NCBI GenBank assembly: GCA_038248205.1
Contig: JBBRUC010000002.1
Span: 1,571 to 65,570 of the forward strand
From: Thermoanaerobaculia bacterium
Lineage (GTDB): Bacteria; Acidobacteriota; Thermoanaerobaculia; Multivoradales; UBA5704
Length of the DNA: 64,000 bases
Reading direction: 5' to 3'
Part shown: positions 9,501-17,048 of the stretch, one piece after another
Layout of the letters: every line of letters starts with the position of its first letter
Numbering within the stretch: position 1 is the first letter of the stretch
Translations under genes and position numbers: made by a program
The notes under the pieces: model-generated
What the model was told of the DNA's origin: nothing
The model's input: only the letters and a program-made list of their open reading frames with translations
Databases searched by the model: none

Positions 9501-10830
9501 CGGCGGAGGGCTCCGGCGTCTTTTGGAGCGACTTCGTGCCCGGCGCCGCGACGAGCGCCCAGCGGTTCCGGTCCGAGGCCGGCAGTTCGCCCGCACGGGC
9601 CAGTTCTTCCGTCGCGTCGATCCAGATCGGCGGCGAGGCGGGCACGTAAACGATCGCGTGATTGAACGCCCCCAGGCCGGGCAGCTCGGGATCGACGTCG
9701 AGGCCCCAGCCGCCGGAAAGTAGGGCGAGGTAGGCGGGGATGTCGGCGGCGCGCAGGAGGGCCACCAACAGGGCCGACTTGTCCTTGCAGTCGCCGAAGC
9801 GGCGAGCGAGCGTCTCGGTCGGGGAGCGGGGCACGATCCCCGCGTCGTCGAACTCGATCCCGGTGTAGCGGACTTGCGCTTGCAGGTAGGCGAGCAGGCG
9901 GTGGATCACCTGCGTCTGGTCGGTAGCTCCGGCGCTCGCCTTTTCGACCACCGCCCGCACGTCGGCCCCGGCGAGGGCGCGATCGACCACCTCGGAGTAG
10001 AGCTTGGCGACGCTCTGCCAGCTCGCGGCCGAGCTGAACGCGAGGTAGGAAAACCCGGGCGTCTCGGACGGCGGGCCGACCTCGTATTCGTGGTTGAGGT
10101 CGAGATCGGTGTACTCGAACGACAGGATCCTCCGGCCGTCGATCGTCCGTTCGACCGGCCCGGACTCGGGCAGCAGACGGCGCACCCAATGAAGCGGTAC
10201 CTCGGCCGCGGCATTCATCTCGATCCGGGCGATCCGCACGTTATTGCTCGGGAAGGTCAGGCGGCGGATGCTGCCGGCGGCGAACAACGGTCGTTGGTCG
10301 CGCACGGAGACCTCGACCTCGACGATCGCACCGGCCTCGACCGCGGGAAGCGGTGCGCGCAGCACTTTGCCGTCATCGAACATCACCGCCGACGATCCTC
10401 CGGAGGAGGTCTCCGAGATCGTCTTCGGATCGAGCCAGCGCTCCGTGCCGTCGAGGCCGATCACCCGCGCCCGCATCTCCGGCCGTAGCTGGTGCCAAGG
10501 CGACCAGGCTTCCTCGATATAGGCCCAGTCGTCGACCGCCGTTGGATCGAGCACCCGGTAGATCTGGTGCTGCCGCTCGCTCCACAGCCCGTCTTTGTCC
10601 AGGGTCAGGTGCGATTCGAACAGGAGAAAGTCGACCTCCTGGCCGGAGATGGACGGCAACGCCTTGGCCGCCGCAAGAAGCGCCGCCGGAGAGGTCGCGA
10701 ACGCCTTGCCCGACCAGGGCGAAGCGGGCGCGGTCGCCGGGGGCGTCGCCGCCACTACGGGCAATGCGATAAGGAGCAGGGCACCCGCCACCGGGTACCG
10801 AATCTGTCGAACGAGTGAGGCGCTACGCAT
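6538..10830 (-). CDS. Large secreted transglutaminase-like (DUF3857-type N-region plus Cys-His-Asp core) / TPR-repeat protein
   Basis: Core motifs RRFGDCKDKSALLVALLRAADIPA, FNHAIVYVP and WIDAT. A long TPR-like C-terminal half follows. Start placed at the ATG at 10830 (MRSASLVRQIRYPVAGALLLIALPVVAA signal) with GGAG upstream. Confidence 0.8.
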   Translation of the reverse strand: MRSASLVRQIRYPVAGALLLIALPVVAATPPATAPASPWSGKAFATSPAALLAAAKALPSISGQEVDFLLFESHLTLDKDGLWSERQHQIYRVLDPTAVDDWAYIEEAWSPWHQLRPEMRARVIGLDGTERWLDPKTISETSSGGSSAVMFDDGKVLRAPLPAVEAGAIVEVEVSVRDQRPLFAAGSIRRLTFPSNNVRIARIEMNAAAEVPLHWVRRLLPESGPVERTIDGRRILSFEYTDLDLNHEYEVGPPSETPGFSYLAFSSAASWQSVAKLYSEVVDRALAGADVRAVVEKASAGATDQTQVIHRLLAYLQAQVRYTGIEFDDAGIVPRSPTETLARRFGDCKDKSALLVALLRAADIPAYLALLSGGWGLDVDPELPGLGAFNHAIVYVPASPPIWIDATEELARAGELPASDRNRWALVAAPGTKSLQKTPEPSAAENRLLRVRTIELAELGKAKLVEENEYHGDLEIWARRNLGMADEKTRNDWLENYSKAYFLTDQIGPYKASAATDLSQPFHTRLEVPASPRGSSDLNEAAVGIRLENLLERLPSVFLEGNLIADEVGANPEEDLSPEDAEGEDDESADEAEGEEDDADAVPTSRRTRPYAFREPYVTEWRYEIHPPPGFALREMPESRQEAYGTATLERRYRSLPDGTFEAVFRFDTGKNHLSPEEFEALRQKTLALAKGEAVLIYFDQVGAAALNQGKVTEALAAFRTLAAAHPDRGLYALQLSRALLAGGLQEAATAEAKRAVALAPKLADAHQNLGWVLQHDSLGRLRGAAGFDRTGALAAYRKAVALDPDADVARADLAILLEFNAEGKQFGPGADLETAGTLYRELHDKGISGLDVNLMINLLRRKKLPELKTFASKLDSSAAQQQYLAAALALLEGPDAVARLSRGVADSSQRVAMLALAGQQLIENRRYAEAGQLFQIVASLSPNGATKLGMMSRIATIRPWEDLELPERAPGTLALRLLRLAYQGKLAPEEIKGYMSRRLPPLELDREVKQLSEADTKFGLGQDSGSENQGRFALDLVSSLLRSDTSGNDDLGYRVRSRFDGFGSSDAFTTFVVREDGEYRVLGDNEDWAPVARLVLELAAADRLDDARHWLDWARDEFEDAKNSDPYAIQPFAQLWTSGRPGTADEIRTAATVLLEVSDDEEMSPAWRAAIEDCLGKIAELRPTAAPESAVALDVATWRGLELLERWDDLSPLLRRLVAAQPDSDRALTALFLAERRRGHAEDVRPQVEARLAQSPNDLVGLHLLADLAEAKGDIARSLEITRTLIERNKAEAGDYNRLAWDQLFQPPVQEQALTDASRASEMSAHADRSILHTLASVYAELDRPAEAYRVLLQSIDAEGGKPATFDWYVFGRMAETYGLPDQARSYYARVEKPTDYPQVSAFALAQKRLAALGPAKGKGKKGGKNEKP

Positions 10831-10906
10831 GAGGATCTCCGAAAGCACCATGGCATGGTATCCCGCCACGGCTGCTCTGGGAGGACGCGTTTTGCGCCGA
10901 ACGGTG

Positions 10907-11701
10907 TTAGCGCCGCCGCCGGATCTCGAACAGGGCGACCGCGGCGGCGACCGCGACGTTCAACGATTCGACCGGCGGCGCAAGCGGAATGGTGAGCAGG
11001 AGCCCTGCGCGCTCCACCCGCTGCTCGATCGGGCGCGACAGGCCGGGGCCTTCGGCGCCGAGGGCGAGGATCAGCGCGCCGGGAGCCAGCGGCAACGCCG
11101 GATCGTAGAGATCGCGCCCGCCCGTGGCGGCGAGCGCCGCCCAGGCGGGAACGAGCGGCGCCAGATGCTCGGACAGCTCCTCGGGGCCGGCGCCGACGAC
11201 CACGGGGAGGCGCAGCAGGCTGCCGGCCGAAGCGCGCAGCGCGCGGGGGTGGTTGGGATGGACCCCGCCCGGGGCGAGTGCGAGACCGCAAGCCCCGGTC
11301 GCTTCGGCGACCCGCGCGATGGCGCCCAGGTTGCCCGGATCTTGGAGGCCGTCGAGATAGAGGTACAGGCCGCCCGGCCGGAGCGGCAGCGTCTCCACCC
11401 CGCCGCGCGGCAGGCGGGCGATCGCGAGCAGGCCCTTGGGCGAATCGGCATCGGCGAGCGAATCGAGCACCTCGGCCGAGGCGAGCGTCGGCTCGCGAGA
11501 GTTATCTCTAAGCTGCCGGGCGATCTCGCGGCCTTCGGCGGTCGCCAGGAACTCCGGGGTCGCGAGCACGGTTTCGAGCACTAATCCCGCGGCGAGAGCC
11601 TCGCCGACCAGGTGGGGGCCTTCGAGCACGGCGTGGTCGCCTTTACTTCGCCGCAGGCGCCGAATATCCTTCGCTGCACGGTTCTGCCGACTCTCAATCA
11701 T
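10907..11701 (-). CDS. TrmH/SpoU-family RNA 2'-O-methyltransferase
   Basis: Starts MIESRQNRAAKDIRRLRRSKGDHAVLEGPHLV. Contains GNLGAIARVAEATG and a C-terminal ESLNVAVAAAVALFE knot motif. Confidence 0.8.
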   Translation of the reverse strand: MIESRQNRAAKDIRRLRRSKGDHAVLEGPHLVGEALAAGLVLETVLATPEFLATAEGREIARQLRDNSREPTLASAEVLDSLADADSPKGLLAIARLPRGGVETLPLRPGGLYLYLDGLQDPGNLGAIARVAEATGACGLALAPGGVHPNHPRALRASAGSLLRLPVVVGAGPEELSEHLAPLVPAWAALAATGGRDLYDPALPLAPGALILALGAEGPGLSRPIEQRVERAGLLLTIPLAPPVESLNVAVAAAVALFEIRRRR

Positions 11702-12311
11702 GGCCCACGATCTTAAGGAATTCTGGCAGCGACTCCAATCCGGGGTCGAAGTGGCCGTCGCCAACCCCTCGATGGATCGAGAGGATCGGTCGGATCGGCT
11801 GCTCGGCGTACGCGATGGGTTCTACCGTTACCTCCGCGACGGCTACGATCGTCATCTGACCGTGGTGGTGGTGCCGCAGACGGTCGAAGAGATCCCGAGC
11901 GGTCTGCCGACCTCGGACGACGAAGTGCTGGGGATCTTGGGCGAGCGCACCGCCAAGATGCAGAAGCTGCTCGGCGAGCAGTACCACTTCTACGCCGCGA
12001 CCGAAGGCGGGCTCCACTCGTTGACCATCGACGGCGAGCCGCGCCTGTTCGTCCACAACTGGACTTCGATTCGGAGCCGCGTCGGCCAGGCGTGGGGGGC
12101 GTCCGGCTCGGTCCAGCTGCCGGATCGGATTGTCGCTGGCCTCGACAGCGACCAGATCCGCTTCTCGGTCCCCGGCACCCGCAAAGCCGGCGGCCTGATC
12201 GCGTCGCTCACCGGCGGCTTCGAGACCCGCCGCCAGACGATCGCGCTCTCCACCTTCCATGCCCTCTCGACGTTGTTCTACGGCATGATCGAGGGGCACC
12301 CGCGCGGGTAG
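11700..12311 (+). CDS. YjjX/DUF84-like inosine/xanthosine triphosphatase
   Basis: By-eye match to E. coli YjjX: VAVANPS near the N-terminus, an ATEGG block, and C-terminal RKAGGLIASLTGGFETRRQTIALSTFHALSTLF versus [31 protein letters not shown]. Confidence 0.65.
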   Translation: MAHDLKEFWQRLQSGVEVAVANPSMDREDRSDRLLGVRDGFYRYLRDGYDRHLTVVVVPQTVEEIPSGLPTSDDEVLGILGERTAKMQKLLGEQYHFYAATEGGLHSLTIDGEPRLFVHNWTSIRSRVGQAWGASGSVQLPDRIVAGLDSDQIRFSVPGTRKAGGLIASLTGGFETRRQTIALSTFHALSTLFYGMIEGHPRG

Positions 12312-12338
12312 GGGATTCGCAAAGCGGGCGGCCTGCTC

Positions 12339-12794
12339 CTACGGGGCAATGTACCGGTCTCGCGGCGATGGGTCGTCTGCCGCCTCCGGCGCCGGACCGA
12401 CCCGCCGCTCGAAGCGCACGGCCAGGCGCATGATCTCCCGCCGTTCCTCCGCCGCCCATTCGCACAGCCGGCGGTCGGCCGGATCGAGCGTTTCTCCGAG
12501 CCGCGGTTCGTCCGCGACCTCTGCCGCGAAGTTCTGGAGGTGCCGCAGCTCGCGCCCGATGGCGCGCAGCTTCGCCCGGGGCACCGATTCGCCGAGCCGG
12601 CGGGGGTCGAGCGGCGGCTCACCCGCTCCTTGGAACAGCGCCTCGACGAAGTACTCGATGATCTTGCGGACATTGGGAACCCACCGGAGCCGCAACAGCG
12701 CCGTCTCGCGCAGCAACCCGGCCCGCTGGCGTGTGGTCTCCATCTTTTCCAGGTTCTTCTTGATCTTTTCCTTGATCGGGCTGGCCTTTTTCAC
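12339..12794 (-). CDS. Hypothetical protein (about 151 aa, basic N-terminus)
   Basis: GC-rich third codon positions. The proposed GTG start at 12794 overlaps the upstream stop (GTGA) and has GGAGG 7 nt upstream. No family recognised. Confidence 0.55.
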   Translation of the reverse strand: MKKASPIKEKIKKNLEKMETTRQRAGLLRETALLRLRWVPNVRKIIEYFVEALFQGAGEPPLDPRRLGESVPRAKLRAIGRELRHLQNFAAEVADEPRLGETLDPADRRLCEWAAEERREIMRLAVRFERRVGPAPEAADDPSPRDRYIAP

Positions 12795-13294
12795 GATACC
12801 GCCTCCGGGTCCGGCCATTCGTTGGCGCGCGGCGCGCCGGCGCGGCGGGCACGGCGCCGCATTCGAATCAGATGAAGGAGCGGCACGGGCTCGATGTCGC
12901 CCCGCCGCAGGATCGCGGCCCACACACGCATCGACAGGCGACCGCCTTCGGGCAAGGACTCGGCGCTCTCCCGCACCAGGTTCTCGATTCGTCCGGCGAG
13001 CGAGGGGAGCATCTCGCCGTGGCGCAAAAAGAGGAGGCTGCGGCCCAGCTCAAGGGTCGCCTCGGCGGCGGCGAGCGGCTCGCTCAGATATTCGTAGCCC
13101 CAAGCCGCCCGCTCGAACTGGACGGCGGCCTCGGTGAAATCACCGTCTTCGGTGGCGCGTTCGCCGCGGTACATCAACATTCGGGCGAAGCGGCGGATCC
13201 GGGAAAGGTCCGGAGGTCTCGTTCGCGGCCTGCCGCGGGTGGGAGCGTCGACCATAGAGCGAAGGCTAGGGCCAAGAAGCGCACGAATGCGCAA
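12791..13294 (-). CDS. Hypothetical protein (about 155-167 aa)
   Basis: Coding-like codon usage. Start is ambiguous: TTG at 13294 or ATG at 13255. Translationally coupled to the downstream small ORF. Divergent from the XRE-TPR gene. Confidence 0.55.
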   Translation of the reverse strand: MRIRALLGPSLRSMVDAPTRGRPRTRPPDLSRIRRFARMLMYRGERATEDGDFTEAAVQFERAAWGYEYLSEPLAAAEATLELGRSLLFLRHGEMLPSLAGRIENLVRESAESLPEGGRLSMRVWAAILRRGDIEPVPLLHLIRMRRRARRAGAPRANEWPDPEAVS

Positions 13295-13465
13295 GATGTC
13301 TTTCGCTCACATGATCTGTGATACTTCCGGTGGGAAATCCCGGAGATTGAGTACCTTGAGAGGCAATTGCCGCACAAAATATCGGCGGACCGGGTTTTGG
13401 TTGTCCCGAAAAGGGCCTCAGCGGCAACTACGCTCTAAGAAGCTCCTGATTGAGATCGAACGACG

Positions 13466-14920
13466 ATGCCTAAACCCCGAGTACCTGCGACGAATGCCGC
13501 GCTCAAAAACCTGCGCGAGGCCAAGGGCCTGACCCAGGCCGACCTGGCCGTCAAGGTCGGTATGGCGGAGGGAACGATCTCGGCCTACGAATGCGGCGAG
13601 CCGACGCTCTCCAAGGCGCGCCTCTACGAGATGATGGCCATGATCGACGTCGGGCCGGAGCTGGTCGACACGTTCGTCGAGGCCCAGGAGGTCTTCGACC
13701 GGCAGTTCCTGGAGCCGGCGATTCCGCTCGCCCACGGGGTGCAGGCCGCGATCTGGACTCTGGCGACCGCCTCCGGCCGGGTGGTTCACGAGGCGCTTCT
13801 CGAAGGCATGATCGCGGCGCGCGCGAGCTTGGATCGCGAGGAGGCGGCGGAGGTATGGCAGCGACTTCGCGCTGTCGAGGAGACCAAGCGGCGGATGATG
13901 ATCGAGTCTGTGCCGGGGGTGGCCACCTGGGCTCTCGTCGAGCGGTTGTCGATCGAGAGCATCGAAGAGGCGCCCCACCGGCCGGATCAGGCGCTGCACC
14001 TGGCCCGGCTCGCCCTGAGCGCGGCCGAAGCGGCCCCGGCGGCCGAGGAGCTGCGCGGCTGCCTGATCGGCTTTGCCCACGGCCACATCGGCAACGCCTG
14101 GCGGGTCGCGGGCGATCTCCACGCGGGCAAAGCGGCGTTCGCCCAAGCCCGCCGGTTCTGGCCCGTGGGGACGCTCGCGCCGGCCGGCCTGCTCTCGGAA
14201 GCCCGGCTGTTCGATCTGGAGGCGTCGTTGCAGCGAGACCTGCGGGAGTTCGACGAGGCTCTCGCATTGCTCGATCGGGCGCTCGATCTCGAAGGTGAAG
14301 GGCCGGCGGCGGGCCGGCTCTACCTGAATCAAAGCGCCATCCTCGAACAACAGGGCGATCACGAAGGGTCCCTCGAAGCTCTACGCGCCGCTGTGCCCCG
14401 GATCGATGAAAGCGTGGAACCGAGACTCTACGGCGGACTTCTGTTCAATCTCTGCGCGAACCTCGTGGACCTCTCTCGTTTCGCGGAGGCCTACGAGATC
14501 CTCCCGGGCGTGCGAGAGCGATTCGTGGCGCAGGGGAACGATTTCGAACTCGTCCGGCTGTCGTGGCTCGATGGCAAGATTCAGGAAGGGCAAGGGCGAA
14601 CGGAGGAAGCGATCGCCACGATCGATCAAGTACGTAAGGATTTCACCTTTCGAAAGAAGCCCGACGACGCGGCCCTCGCCGGACTCGACCTCGCCGCAAT
14701 CTATCTCGATGCCGGGCGTACCGCCGAGACCCGAGTTCTCGCTCGCCAGATGGCCAAAGTGTTCGGCTCGTTCGGCATCAAGCGCGAAGAGTTCGCCGCC
14801 GTGCGCCTGTTCGTCGAAGCCGCGGAGCAGGAGATGGCCACGGTAGAGATGGCCCGGCGAGCGGCGGCTGCGATATGCGCCGTTCGCCGAGCCCGAGAGG
14901 CCGATGAGCTTCGTTTCTGA
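13466..14920 (+). CDS. XRE-family HTH regulator fused to a TPR-like domain
   Basis: N-terminus LKNLREAKGLTQADLAVKVGMAEGTISAYECG (HTH_3-like). About 380 aa of helical TPR-like repeats follow. Confidence 0.75.
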   Translation: MPKPRVPATNAALKNLREAKGLTQADLAVKVGMAEGTISAYECGEPTLSKARLYEMMAMIDVGPELVDTFVEAQEVFDRQFLEPAIPLAHGVQAAIWTLATASGRVVHEALLEGMIAARASLDREEAAEVWQRLRAVEETKRRMMIESVPGVATWALVERLSIESIEEAPHRPDQALHLARLALSAAEAAPAAEELRGCLIGFAHGHIGNAWRVAGDLHAGKAAFAQARRFWPVGTLAPAGLLSEARLFDLEASLQRDLREFDEALALLDRALDLEGEGPAAGRLYLNQSAILEQQGDHEGSLEALRAAVPRIDESVEPRLYGGLLFNLCANLVDLSRFAEAYEILPGVRERFVAQGNDFELVRLSWLDGKIQEGQGRTEEAIATIDQVRKDFTFRKKPDDAALAGLDLAAIYLDAGRTAETRVLARQMAKVFGSFGIKREEFAAVRLFVEAAEQEMATVEMARRAAAAICAVRRAREADELRF

Positions 14921-14938
14921 GGTTCGGACCGTTGCCGG

Positions 14939-15295
14939 CTACTGGCGGCAGCTACCGTTCGGGTCGAAGATGCAGCCTGAATCCAGTGTGACCACCGAAC
15001 CGGCCCGGCATCGGCCGTCCGGGTCGAAGATGCAGCCGCTGTTGGCCGTGATGGAGGATCTACCGGGATCTACCGTCAGGTTCTGCTGGTCGCGGCACCC
15101 GCCATTGGGGTCAAGAATGCAGCCTGACTCGGCCCAGATCGCCGACAGCGCACCCCAGAAGCGGGCGAAGAGCGCACCGGCCGAATCGCCGCCGGGCCAG
15201 GGAGCGGCGGTTGCGGGGGCCGGGCTGAGGATCAGAACGAACAGGGTCAGGACAAGCAGGAACGGAACGAGCGGACGGGGCGTCGGTTTTGACAT
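14939..15295 (-). CDS. Small secreted protein with three Cys-bounded SGCI(F/L)DP(N/D)GxCR loops
   Basis: Signal peptide MSKPTPRPLVPFLLVLTLFVLILSPAPATA. GGAG lies 8 nt upstream of the ATG. The three loops are SGCILDPNGGCR, SGCIFDPDGRCR and SGCIFDPNGSCR, and they are also visible as DNA repeats gggtcgaagatgcagcc. Confidence 0.65.
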   Translation of the reverse strand: MSKPTPRPLVPFLLVLTLFVLILSPAPATAAPWPGGDSAGALFARFWGALSAIWAESGCILDPNGGCRDQQNLTVDPGRSSITANSGCIFDPDGRCRAGSVVTLDSGCIFDPNGSCRQ

Positions 15296-15400
15296 TGCGG
15301 TTCTCCAGTCGCCGGGCGAGCCGACGCGGCAGGCGGCGGTCCCCGGGCGATCGATCGGGTCCGATTAAACCGGGAAATCCCGGTCGGGAGATCATGAACC

Positions 15401-16279
15401 ATGACAAAGGCGCCTGCCGAGGTAACCGTTGGGACGGTTGACGAGAATCTTTTCCGCCTTGAAGCGGTCATCGTCCGCCTCCTGCTCTCGATCCCCGAAT
15501 GGTCGCAGGCGCGGCTGGCCGCGGAATCGGGAATCGACCAGAGCCTGATCTCGCGATTCCAGCGCGGCACCCGAATCCCCACCCAGGAGGTCTTGAGCCA
15601 GCTGGCCGAAGCGGTGGGTTGGTCCCTGCCGTTCGTCACCCAGCTAGCGACCGCCGTGATTCGCGTCCGCGAGCTTCGCAACGCGCCGCTGGCCCTGGAT
15701 TTCGGGGCGATCACGGTCGACGCGGTGTACCACCGAGTGGCACTTCAGGTCGAAGCGGGAATGGCCGAGATCGGGCGCCTGATCTGGGCCGACGCCGAGC
15801 GCAGAAAGTGTGCCCCGAGGGGAAAACCCGCCGCCTCCGACCACGAGGTCGCGGAGGATCTCTGGTCGCGGCTCGCCCATCTCGACGCGAACGATCGCCG
15901 CCTGCTGATCGACTTCTCGCCGGTGTTCCATCTCTGGAGCTTCGCCCTGCGCCTGGCCGAAGAGAGCGCCCGGGCCGCGGGAGAGAGCGCGCAGGATCCC
16001 GAGCGCCGGACCGAGGCGGTCGAGCTTGCCCGGCTGGCCCTCGATGTCGCCGAAAGGTGCGAAGTGCCGCCGTCGTTCCTAGGCTGCTTGCGGGCCTACG
16101 CCCTCGGCCACCTAGCCCACGCCCGCCGCGCTACGGGCGAGGCCAAAGCCGCCGAGACGAACTGGCAAGAGGCATGGACGCTCTGGCGAGACGACGACCC
16201 GCACACAGCGGACCTGTTGCCCAAGGCGCGGCTGGTCGAGCTGGAAGCTTCGCTTCTCCCGGGCGATGGGAAGGGCTAA
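15401..16279 (+). CDS. XRE-family HTH regulator, truncated paralog of 13466..14920
   Basis: HTH segment WSQARLAAESGIDQSLISRFQRG. The shared block ...LLPKARLVELEASL matches ...LLSEARLFDLEASL in the longer paralog, but the ORF stops about 10 aa later. Confidence 0.7.
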   Translation: MTKAPAEVTVGTVDENLFRLEAVIVRLLLSIPEWSQARLAAESGIDQSLISRFQRGTRIPTQEVLSQLAEAVGWSLPFVTQLATAVIRVRELRNAPLALDFGAITVDAVYHRVALQVEAGMAEIGRLIWADAERRKCAPRGKPAASDHEVAEDLWSRLAHLDANDRRLLIDFSPVFHLWSFALRLAEESARAAGESAQDPERRTEAVELARLALDVAERCEVPPSFLGCLRAYALGHLAHARRATGEAKAAETNWQEAWTLWRDDDPHTADLLPKARLVELEASLLPGDGKG

Positions 16280-16452
16280 AGGACATCAGGTCGAGCGACG
16301 ACAAGGATGTTGACCCGCCGACCCTCGATCGACGTGGCACGCGCCGCTTGGCGATAGGTCTCGATCTGTGCCGGGGAGGGCGAGATCGAGGTCAACTCCC
16401 CGCGCTCGTAGGCCAGAAGGAACTCCGCGTCCGAATCCTCAGGATCTTTCAT
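16276..16452 (-). pseudogene. Remnant of a CopG/BrnA-like antitoxin gene (58-aa ORF, C-terminus lost or frameshifted)
   Basis: My translation: MKDPEDSDAEFLLAYERGELTSISPSPAQIETYRQAARATSIEGRRVNI... This matches, from memory, the ..E.GE..S......Y...A......rVNIRLs..DL pattern of that antitoxin family. The expected LSSLDLM continuation appears only in the -1 frame. The ORF overlaps the stop of the convergent gene. Confidence 0.35.
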
Positions 16453-16619
16453 CACTCTTTAAAGGATAGATCAGTGTGTGCCTTTTGTCACCAGGCTTCG
16501 GATTTCGGCCGAGAGCGGTCGTCTGACCCTCATTCGCCGCCCGAGGTTCGGTCGTTGTCTCAGGATTAGCGGGCCGACGGAGCGTTTCCGATCCCACCGC
16601 GCCATTTCCGCCCCGGCCG

Positions 16620-16709
16620 GCCCGTTCTGGCGAGAAATATTCCGGCGAGTCTCAGATTCCGCCCGTTTTGGCGGGTAACCGCCCGTTTTGGTTGGAAATA
16701 CCCTGGCGG
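16620..16709. repeat. Direct repeats GCCCGTT(C/T)TGG...GAAATA..CC.GGCG (2 full copies plus 1 partial)
   Basis: Copies at 16620-16647, 16661-16680 (partial) and 16681-16709, in a non-coding-looking stretch upstream of the Cys-rich peptide gene. Confidence 0.5.
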
Positions 16710-16832
16710 CCGGGGGTTTCAGCACGCGGCGAAACGACTTCGAGGATTCGTGTCCCGTTTCCGCTTCCGCCCACACCGGATCTAGTAGTGCGGTATAGTG
16801 CCGCATACTTCTCCGAATCGCAGGGGATCAGT

Positions 16833-17048
16833 ATGAAACGAATAATCTTGGGGCTTGCCATCTTGTTGGCCGGGCTGGCGGTCGGTGCACAGCCGGCTTC
16901 GGCAGGAATTCACTGCTCGTCGTACAGCTACTCGCGGTGCGGCTTTTGGGTCTGCTGCCATTACACCTGCGTGTATTGTGAGGACACGGTGACCGGCGAG
17001 ATACTCTCCGAGTATTGCTCCGACGAGTGCTGGGAGCGGACGATCTGA
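16833..17048 (+). CDS. Small secreted cysteine-rich peptide (71 aa precursor, 8 Cys in the mature part)
   Basis: MKRIILGLAILLAGLAVGAQPASA signal, then GIHCSSYSYSRCGFWVCCHYTCVYCEDTVTGEILSEYCSDECWERTI. GGGGA lies upstream. The stop overlaps the next ATG (TGATG). Confidence 0.6.
   Translation: MKRIILGLAILLAGLAVGAQPASAGIHCSSYSYSRCGFWVCCHYTCVYCEDTVTGEILSEYCSDECWERTI

Noticed and set aside
16471-16806. Minus-strand ORF 16471..16806 as a BrnT/RelE-like toxin partner of the antitoxin remnant
   Set aside because: Only a vague resemblance at its C-terminus (RPLSAEIRS). The rest is low-complexity and the region has non-coding character. Evidence is insufficient.
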